A DNA stretch of 14,352 bases from Promethearchaeota archaeon (GTDB lineage: Archaea > Asgardarchaeota > Lokiarchaeia > Sigyniarchaeales > SOKP01): assembly GCA_016839765.1 (NCBI GenBank), contig JAEOTP010000050.1, positions 1 to 14,352 of the forward strand, written 5' to 3'. The notes under the pieces are model-generated. The model did not search any database, was not told the DNA's origin, and saw nothing but the letters and a program-made list of their open reading frames with translations. A program made the translations under genes and the position numbers. Positions 1 to 8,802 of this stretch are shown here, in pieces (positions within the stretch are counted from its first letter, which is position 1; each line of letters starts with the position of its first letter).

Positions 1-2931
1 AAGAGAATGAGAGGTTTTAAAGTAACAGATACACCTGGTTATGATACTCATGGATTGCCAATAGAGGTCCAGATGGAAAAAGAACTGGGGATAAAGAACA
101 AGCAAGAAATTTTTGATTATGGGGTAGATAAGTTCATAAAAAGTTGTAAGGAGTTTGCTCAAAAAAATCTCATAATTATGAATGAACAATTTAAGCGGTT
201 AGGTTGTTATTTCTGGGATTGGGAGAACCCCTATATTACTTTTAAAAATAGTTATATTGAAGGAATTTGGTGGACATTAAAGAAAGCTTGGGAAAATGAT
301 TTATTATATCGATTTTATAGACCTTTAAATTGTTGCCCTAGATGTGCTACTGCACTTGCAAAACATGAGCATGATTATAAAAATATCAAGGATACAAGTC
401 TATTTCTAAAAATAAAATCGGCAGACATGGATAAAACCTATTATATAATTTGGACTACAACGCCGTGGACGTTAGTTGCGAACTCAGCGATAATGGCAAA
501 TCCAATTGCGGAGTATGCTAAGGTATATATTGAAGATATTGATGAGTATTGGATCCTTTCAAAAGCATCTATAACTCATTTAATTTCAGGAGAATTAGGA
601 TATAAATATAAAATAGTAGAAGATTTTATTGGAGAAGAATTGGAGGGAAAGAAGTACATACATCCCTTATTAGAAGAAGTTCCTTATCAAAATGAACTTG
701 CAAAAGAAAGCGATAAAATGCATTCAATAGTTCTTTCTGAAGAATATGTTTCAGTATCAGAAGGTGTTGGGTTGGTTCATTCAGCGCCAGGGCATGGACC
801 TGAAGATTTTGAAGTAGGTGTTGAGAATAATATACCAATATTCAATCCTGTGAATATCAGAGGAATTTACAAAAAAGAAGCAGGAAAGTTTGAAGGAATG
901 CATGTTTTTGATGCGAATAGTGAGATATTAGACTTATTAGACAAAAAAGGAACGCTCATATTAACAAATGAGATTGAGCATGAATATGCACACTGTTGGA
1001 GATGTGATTCAAAATTAGTTTATAGAGCAACGAACCAATGGTTTTTTAAAACAGAAAGTCTAGTTTCTGAATTACTAAAAAAGAATGAAGAGATATATTG
1101 GATACCTGATTGGGCAGGAAGCAGATGGTTTAAAAGCTGGTTAACAACCCTAAAAGATTGGTGCATTTCACGACAACGTTTTTGGGGTATCCCTTTAAGT
1201 GTGTGGATATGTGATAATGAAGATTGTGGAGAAATTACCGTAATAGGCTCAAGTAAAGAATTAAAGGAGATTGCGGGAGAATGCCCTAAAGATTTGCATA
1301 GACCATGGATAGACCAAGTAACATGGAAATGTAAAAAGTGTAATAAAGGTACAAAGAAGAGAATTCCCGATATTTTAGACGTATGGTTAGATTCTGGTTC
1401 GGTGGTATGGGCTGCTCAAGAGGTTTATGACGGTGAAAGTCATTATGATACGTGGGTTCCAGCAGATTTTATCATAGAAGGGAAAGATCAGATAAGGGGG
1501 TGGTTTAATAGTTTATTAAACAGCGCAATGTTGTCTTCAGGTCGAAAAAATTACAATGCATGTTATATGCATGGATGGGTGTTAATGGAAAGAGCCAAAA
1601 TGAGCAAATCAAAAGGTACAGTAATAAACCCTGAAGATCTTATAGAAGGTACAGTTCCCGAGTTACAGAAGAATAAGTCATTTTCGAATATTAAAGGAGC
1701 TGAGACATTTAGATTTTATTGTATAGGGGTTACTCAGCCAGGTCGGGATTTCAATTTTAATCTTAAAGAATATACAGATACATATAAGATTCTTAATACA
1801 ATATGGAATGTCTATGTATATGCAAATGAAAAATTTAGCTTAGCTGAATTCAATCCTTCAAAGATAAAATTCGATCTAAAAAAGATAAGCAAATTAGATA
1901 AATGGATAATTTCAAGATTACATTCTACAATCAAAAAAATAACAGAATTATCAGATGGATATCAACTTCCTTGGATTGTGGGTGAATTAAGGGATTATAT
2001 TGTTAATGATATAAGTAGATGGTATATAATGTTGAATCGGGAAAAGCTTGATATTTATTCTGATGACCCAGATAAATTACAAATAATGGCTGTATTGTAT
2101 CACGTGCTGTATAATTATCTATTATTACTGGCACCTGTTAATCCGATGATAACTGAAGAGATTTTTCTAACTATGTTTAAATCTAATCTTAATTCAATGG
2201 GTTCAAAAGAGACTGAGAGTCTACATTTACAGGAATGGCCTCATTTTAATGAAAAAATGATTGACTTAGAATTAGAGACACAAATGCATTTTACAAGAGA
2301 CTTAATAGAAAATGTCAGAGCCTTAAAGGATGAGAATAGGATTAGGTTAAGATGGCCAAATAAGAAAATAATCATAGAACCTAAAGAAGATATGCCGAAA
2401 ATTGAATTTCCAGAAATAGTTAAGCAAATTGGAAATGTGAAAGAATTAGAAGTTTCAAAATCGGTGAAACAAACAAATAATCTATTAAAAATGGAAACAA
2501 GATATTGTAATATATATTTAGATACAAGCATGGATGATGATCTTTTAGCTGAGAGGGTAGTTAATGATTTAATTAGAAACATTCAATTCTCCCGTAAAAA
2601 AAATAAATACAATGTTGGAGAGGATATATCGTTGATAATAGGAACAGATACTAATTACTTAAATGATTATCTCCAGAAAAATAAAGAGTTTATCTCGGAG
2701 AAAGTAACAGCAGGTAAAATAAATGTAATTGAAAAAGACATTGAAGAAGAAAAGGATAAAGTTTATGGCCAACTTTATATTTGCCCTAATAAACATTGTT
2801 CTGCGTCACTAAAACAAAATATAATATCAAAGTTTAAAAAGCAATCTGAAGTTAAATGTCCTTACTGTGATACCAAGTTGAAGGAAAATCAAATAAAAAC
2901 AGTAAAGTTTAATTTTAAAAGACAATCTTAA
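1..2931 (+). CDS. ileS: Isoleucyl-tRNA synthetase, archaeal/eukaryote-like (IleRS2); 5'-partial, frame is open at the window edge
   Basis: Motifs GYDTHGLPIE, WTTTPWTL and GLVHSAPGHGPEDF (CP1 editing domain), HCWRC, DWCISRQRFWG, EGKDQIRGWF, KMSKS (1597-1611). The HIGH motif is absent and bases 1-6 (AAG AGA) continue the frame, so the ATG at 7 is internal. Confidence 0.96.
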   Translation, partial: KRMRGFKVTDTPGYDTHGLPIEVQMEKELGIKNKQEIFDYGVDKFIKSCKEFAQKNLIIMNEQFKRLGCYFWDWENPYITFKNSYIEGIWWTLKKAWENDLLYRFYRPLNCCPRCATALAKHEHDYKNIKDTSLFLKIKSADMDKTYYIIWTTTPWTLVANSAIMANPIAEYAKVYIEDIDEYWILSKASITHLISGELGYKYKIVEDFIGEELEGKKYIHPLLEEVPYQNELAKESDKMHSIVLSEEYVSVSEGVGLVHSAPGHGPEDFEVGVENNIPIFNPVNIRGIYKKEAGKFEGMHVFDANSEILDLLDKKGTLILTNEIEHEYAHCWRCDSKLVYRATNQWFFKTESLVSELLKKNEEIYWIPDWAGSRWFKSWLTTLKDWCISRQRFWGIPLSVWICDNEDCGEITVIGSSKELKEIAGECPKDLHRPWIDQVTWKCKKCNKGTKKRIPDILDVWLDSGSVVWAAQEVYDGESHYDTWVPADFIIEGKDQIRGWFNSLLNSAMLSSGRKNYNACYMHGWVLMERAKMSKSKGTVINPEDLIEGTVPELQKNKSFSNIKGAETFRFYCIGVTQPGRDFNFNLKEYTDTYKILNTIWNVYVYANEKFSLAEFNPSKIKFDLKKISKLDKWIISRLHSTIKKITELSDGYQLPWIVGELRDYIVNDISRWYIMLNREKLDIYSDDPDKLQIMAVLYHVLYNYLLLLAPVNPMITEEIFLTMFKSNLNSMGSKETESLHLQEWPHFNEKMIDLELETQMHFTRDLIENVRALKDENRIRLRWPNKKIIIEPKEDMPKIEFPEIVKQIGNVKELEVSKSVKQTNNLLKMETRYCNIYLDTSMDDDLLAERVVNDLIRNIQFSRKKNKYNVGEDISLIIGTDTNYLNDYLQKNKEFISEKVTAGKINVIEKDIEEEKDKVYGQLYICPNKHCSASLKQNIISKFKKQSEVKCPYCDTKLKENQIKTVKFNFKRQS

Positions 2932-2953
2932 TTATTTTTTAAATTCTCTTTCT
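2932..2953 (+). terminator. Possible archaeal-type T/pyrimidine-rich terminator after ileS
   Basis: TTATTTTTTAAATTCTCTTTCT lies directly after the stop codon, with no GC hairpin. Weak evidence in such AT-rich DNA. Confidence 0.35.
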
Positions 2954-3010
2954 ATTGATTAAGCGTTAAATTGAAAAATTAAATCAATTTTAATATGATA
3001 TTATTTATTA

Positions 3011-3026
3011 TTACTTGTCCAAGTAA
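3011..3026. promoter_or_regulatory. Inverted repeat TTACTTG-TC-CAAGTAA, candidate transcription-factor operator for the heptose/PPP operon
   Basis: Perfect 7-bp arms with a 2-nt spacer, 36 nt before the likely hddA ATG and just downstream of a TATA-like TTTTAATA (2988-2995). Confidence 0.4.
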
Positions 3027-3062
3027 AAATTAAGATTTGAAATAAGATAATTGGTGCCTTAT

Positions 3063-4076
3063 ATGATTATACGTTCGAAAGCCCCTTTTAGAGTGAGTTT
3101 TGGAGGGGGAGGTACTGATATGGCACCTTATTGCACAGAACATGGAGGTTGTGTAATTAATTCAACAATCGACCGCCATGTATTTATTACAATTAAACCT
3201 CGAAATGATAACAAGATTAGAGTGATTTCCACGGATTATGATGAAGATTATAAATTTAAAGTTGGAGATAACAATTATTCTAAGGGTTATGAGTTATTTA
3301 AGGGTACAGTTAATGTCTTGGAAATCAGAGATGGGTTTGATATTGTTGTGTCTTCAGAATTACCTGCTGGTTCGGGGATGGGTGGATCTTCTACTCTATG
3401 TGTTGCACTTATAGGAGCATTTAATGAATTCTATACATTGAACTTGACAAAACATGAAATTGCTCAAAAAGCTTATGATATTGAAAGAGTTGAGTTAAAG
3501 CAGAAAGGAGGATATCAAGATCAATTTGCTGCTGCTTATGGGGGCTTCAATTTTATTGAATTCACAGATATAGTAAAGATATTTCCAATAAACACAACAG
3601 TAGATATGATTAACGAGATACAATATAGAACAATTTTATGTTATGTAGGTGGTTCTCATTTTTCTTCGGACATCCAAGATGAAGTATTAAAAGGTTATAA
3701 AGTTGAAAAGAAATCTTTTATTGAAACAATGCAGGACCTAAAAAATGTTGCATATGAAATGAGAACAATAGTTGAATCTAAAGATGTGAGTAAATTAGAT
3801 CAGTTTGGGGAACTTATTCATAAAGGATGGTTAGCTAAGAAAAGTCTTAGTTCGAAAATCACAAATGAAAACATAAAAAATTTCTATTTAACCTCAAGAA
3901 AATTTGGCGTAATTGGTGGTAAATTACTTGGTGCAGGAGGAGGTGGACATCTTCTTCTCTTTTCAGATCCTGATAAAAAATTTGATGTTATTCATGAATT
4001 AAAAAAAATTGGAGGAGTTATAGTAAATTTTCATTTTAATCCCAAAGGATTAGAAGTTTGGAAATATAATATTTAG
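3063..4076 (+). CDS. hddA: D-glycero-alpha-D-manno-heptose-7-phosphate kinase (GHMP kinase, HddA family)
   Basis: N-terminal APFRVSFGGGGTD, GHMP motif LPAGSGMGGSS, GGYQDQFAAAYGG, GGKLLGAGGGG; adjacent to gmhA/gmhB. Start moved from TTG 3051 to ATG 3063, which has an SD-like GGTG at 3053-3056. Confidence 0.88.
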   Translation: MIIRSKAPFRVSFGGGGTDMAPYCTEHGGCVINSTIDRHVFITIKPRNDNKIRVISTDYDEDYKFKVGDNNYSKGYELFKGTVNVLEIRDGFDIVVSSELPAGSGMGGSSTLCVALIGAFNEFYTLNLTKHEIAQKAYDIERVELKQKGGYQDQFAAAYGGFNFIEFTDIVKIFPINTTVDMINEIQYRTILCYVGGSHFSSDIQDEVLKGYKVEKKSFIETMQDLKNVAYEMRTIVESKDVSKLDQFGELIHKGWLAKKSLSSKITNENIKNFYLTSRKFGVIGGKLLGAGGGGHLLLFSDPDKKFDVIHELKKIGGVIVNFHFNPKGLEVWKYNI

Positions 4077-4105
4077 ATGTAAAGATAAAATATAAAGTGA
4101 TATTT

Positions 4106-4672
4106 ATGGAAAATGAAATAATTTCTATATTGAATGAAAGTATCAAAATTAAGGAAGATATTAAAGAGCTAACCCCTCTAATAGTAAAAGTTTCTAAAGA
4201 AATTATAAAGGCATATAGAAATAAGAAAAAAGTTGTATTATTTGGAAATGGTGGAAGTGCTGCAGATGCACAACACATTGCTGCAGAATTTGTAGGAAAA
4301 TTCTATAAAGATCGTGAATCCCTTCCTGCTTTAGCATTTCACACAAACACATCTGTAGTTACAGCAACTGCTAATGACTATGGTTATGATTTTATATTTG
4401 AAAGACAAGTTTCTTCTTTTGTTGAGGCGGGAGATATTGCTATAGGAATTAGTACTTCTGGAAATTCTCCTAATGTTATAAAGGGATTAATCAAGGCTAA
4501 AGAGAAGGGAGCAATTACTGTAGGTTTTACGGGACAAAAAGAAAATCAGACCGAAAAAGTTGTAGATTATTGCCTAAAGATGCCTTCTACAGATACACCA
4601 AGAATTCAGGAAGGGCATATCACTGTGGGGCATATTATATGTTATTTAGTTGAAAAAGAACTATTTAGTTAA
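4106..4672 (+). CDS. gmhA: Phosphoheptose (sedoheptulose-7-phosphate) isomerase, SIS fold
   Basis: GNGGSAADAQHIAAEF, NDYGY, STSGNSPNV, TPRIQEGH. ATG 4106 is preferred; GTG 4097 is the alternative start. Confidence 0.95.
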   Translation: MENEIISILNESIKIKEDIKELTPLIVKVSKEIIKAYRNKKKVVLFGNGGSAADAQHIAAEFVGKFYKDRESLPALAFHTNTSVVTATANDYGYDFIFERQVSSFVEAGDIAIGISTSGNSPNVIKGLIKAKEKGAITVGFTGQKENQTEKVVDYCLKMPSTDTPRIQEGHITVGHIICYLVEKELFS

Positions 4673-4690
4673 TATATAATTAGAAAAAGT

Positions 4691-5251
4691 ATGATAACCG
4701 ATAATAAAGCGATTTTTCTAGATAGAGACGGAGTTATAAATGAAGAAGTCAGTTATCTCTCTAATCCTGACAACCTTAAGTTAATTGAAGGATCTACTGA
4801 AGCTTTAAGAATTCTTAAGAATTTAGGCTATTTTCTAATTGTAATAACTAATCAAGCGGGAATAGCGAGAGGATATTATACAGAAGAAACTCTTAAGAAA
4901 ATTCATAATAAGATGATTCAAATTTTAGAACAAAATAGTATAGAACTCGATGATATATTTTATTGTCCTCATCATCCTGATTTTACAGGACCGTGTAATT
5001 GCAGAAAACCTAACCCTGGGATGATATTACAAGCAAAAGAAAAATATAATATTAACTTAAGAGAATCTTTTATGGTTGGGGATACATTAAATGATATTAA
5101 AACGGGTTTAGCAGCTGAATGCCAAACGGTATTAGTTTTAACTGGTTATGGGATTGAAGAAAAGAAGAAGATTGATGATGTAATACCTGATTATATTTTT
5201 ACTAATTTATTGGAATTTGCTAAAAATTTAAAATTAGATTCAAAATTATAG
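4691..5251 (+). CDS. gmhB: D-glycero-D-manno-heptose-1,7-bisphosphate 7-phosphatase (HAD IIIA)
   Basis: FLDRDGVIN, TNQAGIARG, zinc motif CPHHP...CNCRKP, MVGD; follows gmhA. Confidence 0.92.
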   Translation: MITDNKAIFLDRDGVINEEVSYLSNPDNLKLIEGSTEALRILKNLGYFLIVITNQAGIARGYYTEETLKKIHNKMIQILEQNSIELDDIFYCPHHPDFTGPCNCRKPNPGMILQAKEKYNINLRESFMVGDTLNDIKTGLAAECQTVLVLTGYGIEEKKKIDDVIPDYIFTNLLEFAKNLKLDSKL

Positions 5252-5281
5252 ATTATTAAAAAAGAATGATGTGAAGATAAT

Positions 5282-5938
5282 ATGAAATTCTTTATAGATA
5301 CCGCTAATTTAGACCAAATTAAAGAAATGCAAGATTTGGGAATAATTGATGGAGTAACCACCAATCCTACATTGTTATCAAAAGAGGGTGCTGAGCCTAT
5401 AGAACAACTAAAAAAAATTTGTGAAATAGTAGATGGACCCATAAGTGCAGAAGTTGTTGGATTAAAAACAGAAGAAATGGTTAAAGAGGCAAGAGAGTTA
5501 GCTAAAATCGCTCCTAATATTGTTATTAAAATTCCAATGACAAGAGATGGCATTAAAGCTGTTAAAATTCTTGAGTCAGAAGGAATCAAAACTAATGTGA
5601 CATTAGTTTTTTCCCAGAATCAAGTCTTAATCGCAGCTAAAGCGGGTGCTTCCTATATAAGTCCCTTTATTGGGAGATTAATGGATGATGGACAAGATGA
5701 GATTGATATGCTATGGGAAACCATGGATATTATTAAAGCTTATAATTTTAAATCTGAATTAATAGTAGCTTCTGTAAGAAATTCCAGACATGTAATTGAA
5801 GCTGCAAAGATGGGGGCTCACATCGCAACAATTCCTTTTAATGTACTTGAAAAAATGTTCAAACATCCTAGAACAGACCAAGGTTTAGATGCATTTCTTA
5901 AAGATTGGGAAAAGTTACAAGCTCAATTAAAAAAATAA
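5282..5938 (+). CDS. tal: Transaldolase (short TalC/FSA-like family)
   Basis: FIDTAN, GVTTNP, Schiff-base Lys in VIKIP, TNVTL. Glu in SAEV and Phe in SPFIGR are the transaldolase-type residues (FSA has Gln/Tyr). Confidence 0.93.
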   Translation: MKFFIDTANLDQIKEMQDLGIIDGVTTNPTLLSKEGAEPIEQLKKICEIVDGPISAEVVGLKTEEMVKEARELAKIAPNIVIKIPMTRDGIKAVKILESEGIKTNVTLVFSQNQVLIAAKAGASYISPFIGRLMDDGQDEIDMLWETMDIIKAYNFKSELIVASVRNSRHVIEAAKMGAHIATIPFNVLEKMFKHPRTDQGLDAFLKDWEKLQAQLKK

Positions 5939-5951
5939 TCAAGATTTAAAA

Positions 5952-6947
5952 ATGGATTTAATTGAATTGATACCTAAATGGAAGAATAAAAAAGTCTTAG
6001 TAATAGGAGAAGCATTAATAGATAGATATATTTTTGGACAAGCTGATAGGATTTCTCCTGACGCTCCGATCCCTAATGTAAAAATTGAACGCCACGAGAC
6101 TTATTTAGGGGCTATTGGCTTAGTTTTACAATTTATAAAGTCATTAGGTGGAAATCCTGAGCTTTGCACAATTGTAGGTGACGATTATGAAGGTGATTTC
6201 TTTGTCAAAAAAATCGAAGCTTTGAACGTTGATTCTTCGAATATTATTATTGATAGTGATACTAACACTCCCCAGATTACTCGAATAAAAGCGATGAACC
6301 AACATTTATTAAGACTTGAAACAGATTATACAACAGAGATTTCACCTACCGCTATTAACGATTTGATTGGCACAATTCAAACGGGTTATGAAAATATTGA
6401 TTCAATTATAATTTTGGATTATGGTGCTGGTGGTCTTTTTCAATATGATTTTATATCGAGATTATTGAGTACTTTAAAAGAAAAACATAAAGAGATTCCC
6501 ATACTAGCGCGTCCGAATGTATCAAATTACTACCTTTATGAAGATATTGATTTAATAAAGATTAATTTACAAAAAGCGTTAACCAATTTTTCAATAGATT
6601 GTTGTACTGAAACTAGTATCATTATTGCTGGTAAGCGTATTATCAACTCATCCAAATGTAAAAATTTACTTCTAAACTATTTAGAAACCGATTCTTTTCT
6701 TTTTTATAAAGATCAAGAAAAGGTTGAAAAAATAAAACCGATTTTAAACCAACCTGTTAGAAGCCATGTGGCAGTTGGTAGTTCTATTATAGCAGTTTTA
6801 GGCTTAACTTATGCTTCTAACATTCCTGTTTTAGAAGGGGCAAAAATTGCTATGTCTGCAGCAGCACTTTCGGCAACTTTTCCACCAGTAGAATTTTTTA
6901 ATTCAGAAACTCTCAAGAATTATATTTCAACAAATTTTGTAGACTAA
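5952..6947 (+). CDS. HldE/RfaE kinase-domain-like PfkB-fold protein, probably catalytically inactive
   Basis: VLVIGEALIDRYIFGQADRISPDAPIP matches the HldE GDVMLDRY..RISPEAPVP motif; QHLLRLE and LDYGAG also match. The NxxE and GAGD motifs are degenerate. Confidence 0.85.
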   Translation: MDLIELIPKWKNKKVLVIGEALIDRYIFGQADRISPDAPIPNVKIERHETYLGAIGLVLQFIKSLGGNPELCTIVGDDYEGDFFVKKIEALNVDSSNIIIDSDTNTPQITRIKAMNQHLLRLETDYTTEISPTAINDLIGTIQTGYENIDSIIILDYGAGGLFQYDFISRLLSTLKEKHKEIPILARPNVSNYYLYEDIDLIKINLQKALTNFSIDCCTETSIIIAGKRIINSSKCKNLLLNYLETDSFLFYKDQEKVEKIKPILNQPVRSHVAVGSSIIAVLGLTYASNIPVLEGAKIAMSAAALSATFPPVEFFNSETLKNYISTNFVD

Positions 6948-6959
6948 TTATAAAAAATT

Positions 6960-7817
6960 GTGTATGATTTAGTGAAAATCTCGAAAGAAGATGAAAAACA
7001 GATTTTAGGAGAGATTATTGAGCTTAAAAAAGATATCTTAAAAATGCTATATCAAGCACAATCAGGACACCCAGGAGGCTCATTATCCTGCGTAAATATA
7101 ATCTTTCTACTGTATACTAAAATTATGAGATTTAAAAAGGATAATCCTTTATGGAAAAAGAGAGATATATTTATCTTAAGTAAAGGTCATGCTGCCCCTG
7201 CATTATATGCAGTATTATCTAAAATTGGACTTATCGACAGACAAGAATTATTTACACTTAGGAAATTTGGATCTGATTTACAAGGTCATCCCGTAAAAAA
7301 TCCTAAATTAGGAATAGAGATTTCCACTGGTTCATTAGGAATGGGTTTATCAATAGGAGTCGGATGTGCTTTAGCATCTAAAATAGATAAAAAGCAAAAT
7401 TTGATTTATGTGCTGATTGGTGACGGAGAATTAAATGAAGGTGCAATATGGGAAGCAGCAATGGCAGCAAGTCATTACAAATTGGATAATTTAATTGCGA
7501 TTGTAGACCGTAATGGTATTCAGATAGATGGATCAACTGAAGAAATTATGGCGTTAGAACCCCTAGCTGAAAAATGGAAAGCCTTTGGCTGGGAAGTAAT
7601 AGAAGTGGATGGTTCAAATCTCAATGATATAATTCAAGGATTTGAAAAATCTAAAAAAATTTTAAGAAAACCTAAAGTAATAATTTTTTACCTTATCAAG
7701 GGCTCAGAGGTCTCATTCATGGAGCACACTAGAAAATTTCATGGAAGGGCGCCTAATAAGGAAGAATATGAGACAGCAATTATCGAGCTTGAAAAAATTA
7801 AAAAAGATTTAGTTTGA
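6960..7817 (+). CDS. Transketolase, N-terminal (ThDP-binding) subunit
   Basis: SGHPGGSLS, LSKGHAAP, LQGHP, STGSLGMGLS, ThDP motif GDGELNEG...N, C-terminal HG; GTG start. Confidence 0.95.
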   Translation: MYDLVKISKEDEKQILGEIIELKKDILKMLYQAQSGHPGGSLSCVNIIFLLYTKIMRFKKDNPLWKKRDIFILSKGHAAPALYAVLSKIGLIDRQELFTLRKFGSDLQGHPVKNPKLGIEISTGSLGMGLSIGVGCALASKIDKKQNLIYVLIGDGELNEGAIWEAAMAASHYKLDNLIAIVDRNGIQIDGSTEEIMALEPLAEKWKAFGWEVIEVDGSNLNDIIQGFEKSKKILRKPKVIIFYLIKGSEVSFMEHTRKFHGRAPNKEEYETAIIELEKIKKDLV

Positions 7818-7827
7818 GGTAAATTAA

Positions 7828-8763
7828 ATGGAAGAAAAATTACTTCGCGACACTTTTGGAGACTATTTAGTGAAAGTGGGTAAAAATAATGCAGATCTTG
7901 TGGTATTAGATGCTGATTTGTCCACTTCAACAAGAACCAACAAATTTGCTAATGAATTTCCACACAGATTTTTTAATATGGGGATTGCCGAACAGAACAT
8001 GGTTGGTGTAGCTTTAGGTTTTGCTATTTCTGGTAAAGTTCCGGTAGTTAGTGGTTTCTCGATATTTACTACAGGAAGAGCTTGGGAGTTTATACGGTTA
8101 GCTTCTCATGACAATTTGAACATTAAATTCATAACCACCCATGCGGGTATTGTGGGTGAAGATGGAAGCACTCATCATGCTCTAGAGGACTTGAGTTTAA
8201 TGTCTGTTTTACCTAATTTGAATGTTTTAGTACCTTCTGATAATATTGAGCTGAATGAGATTTTGGATTATGCTTTAAAATCCCACGGGCCTTTTTATAT
8301 AAGACTGCCGAGAGGATCTTTTCCAAAGATTCATAATCAAGATTATAATTTTACACTTGGAAAACCTGACATATTGAAAGAGGGGAATGATATCTGCTTA
8401 ATAGCAGCTGGATATGGTAATTTTTTAGCCTTGGAATCAATATCAAAAATTGAAAAAGAGTTAAATATCTCCGCGAAAGTTATTAATCTTCCCAGTATAA
8501 AACCAATTGACAAAGAAGCTTTAATAAAAGAAGTAAATGATATGAAAGCTATAATAGTAATTGAAGAACATAATGTTTATTGTGGATTTGGCTCTATTAT
8601 AACAAGGATAATAACAGAAGTATATCCAATAAAAATAAAATGTATAGGAGTAGAAAATTCATTTGGGTCTTCAGGAAATAGAGAAGACTTATTAAACTTT
8701 TTCAACTTAAATACAGAAAAAATAATTGAAGAAATTAAATTAATGCTGAAAATAAATGTTTAA
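7828..8763 (+). CDS. Transketolase, C-terminal subunit
   Basis: DADLSTST, GIAEQNM, GEDGSTHH, YIRLPR, IEEH; SD-like GAGGT at 7816-7820 overlaps the upstream stop codon. Confidence 0.95.
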   Translation: MEEKLLRDTFGDYLVKVGKNNADLVVLDADLSTSTRTNKFANEFPHRFFNMGIAEQNMVGVALGFAISGKVPVVSGFSIFTTGRAWEFIRLASHDNLNIKFITTHAGIVGEDGSTHHALEDLSLMSVLPNLNVLVPSDNIELNEILDYALKSHGPFYIRLPRGSFPKIHNQDYNFTLGKPDILKEGNDICLIAAGYGNFLALESISKIEKELNISAKVINLPSIKPIDKEALIKEVNDMKAIIVIEEHNVYCGFGSIITRIITEVYPIKIKCIGVENSFGSSGNREDLLNFFNLNTEKIIEEIKLMLKINV

Positions 8764-8802
8764 ATTAAGATCTAATCATTTAAATTTAATTTTGAAATAA
8801 TT

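Noticed and set aside
7-9. ATG at 7 as the ileS start codon
   Set aside because: The frame is open to base 1 and the HIGH motif region is missing, so the true start lies upstream of the window. This is not evidence of a pseudogene.
626-2582. Antisense ORFs 626-838 and 2241-2582
   Set aside because: Both lie entirely opposite ileS and have no recognisable motifs; they are shadow ORFs.
2968-2990. Inverted repeat AAATTGA-N9-TCAATTT
   Set aside because: Almost all A/T, so it is expected by chance at this base composition.
4691-5251. Histidinol-phosphatase (HisB-N) assignment
   Set aside because: Same HAD subfamily, but the hddA-gmhA context supports GmhB.
5282-5938. Fructose-6-phosphate aldolase (fsa) assignment
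   Set aside because: The diagnostic residues are Glu (SAEV) and Phe (SPF), which are transaldolase-type.
6960-8763. Split transketolase as a frameshifted pseudogene, or as DXP synthase
   Set aside because: Two-subunit transketolases are common in archaea and some bacteria. The second gene has its own SD-like motif and ATG, and the catalytic motifs are intact.
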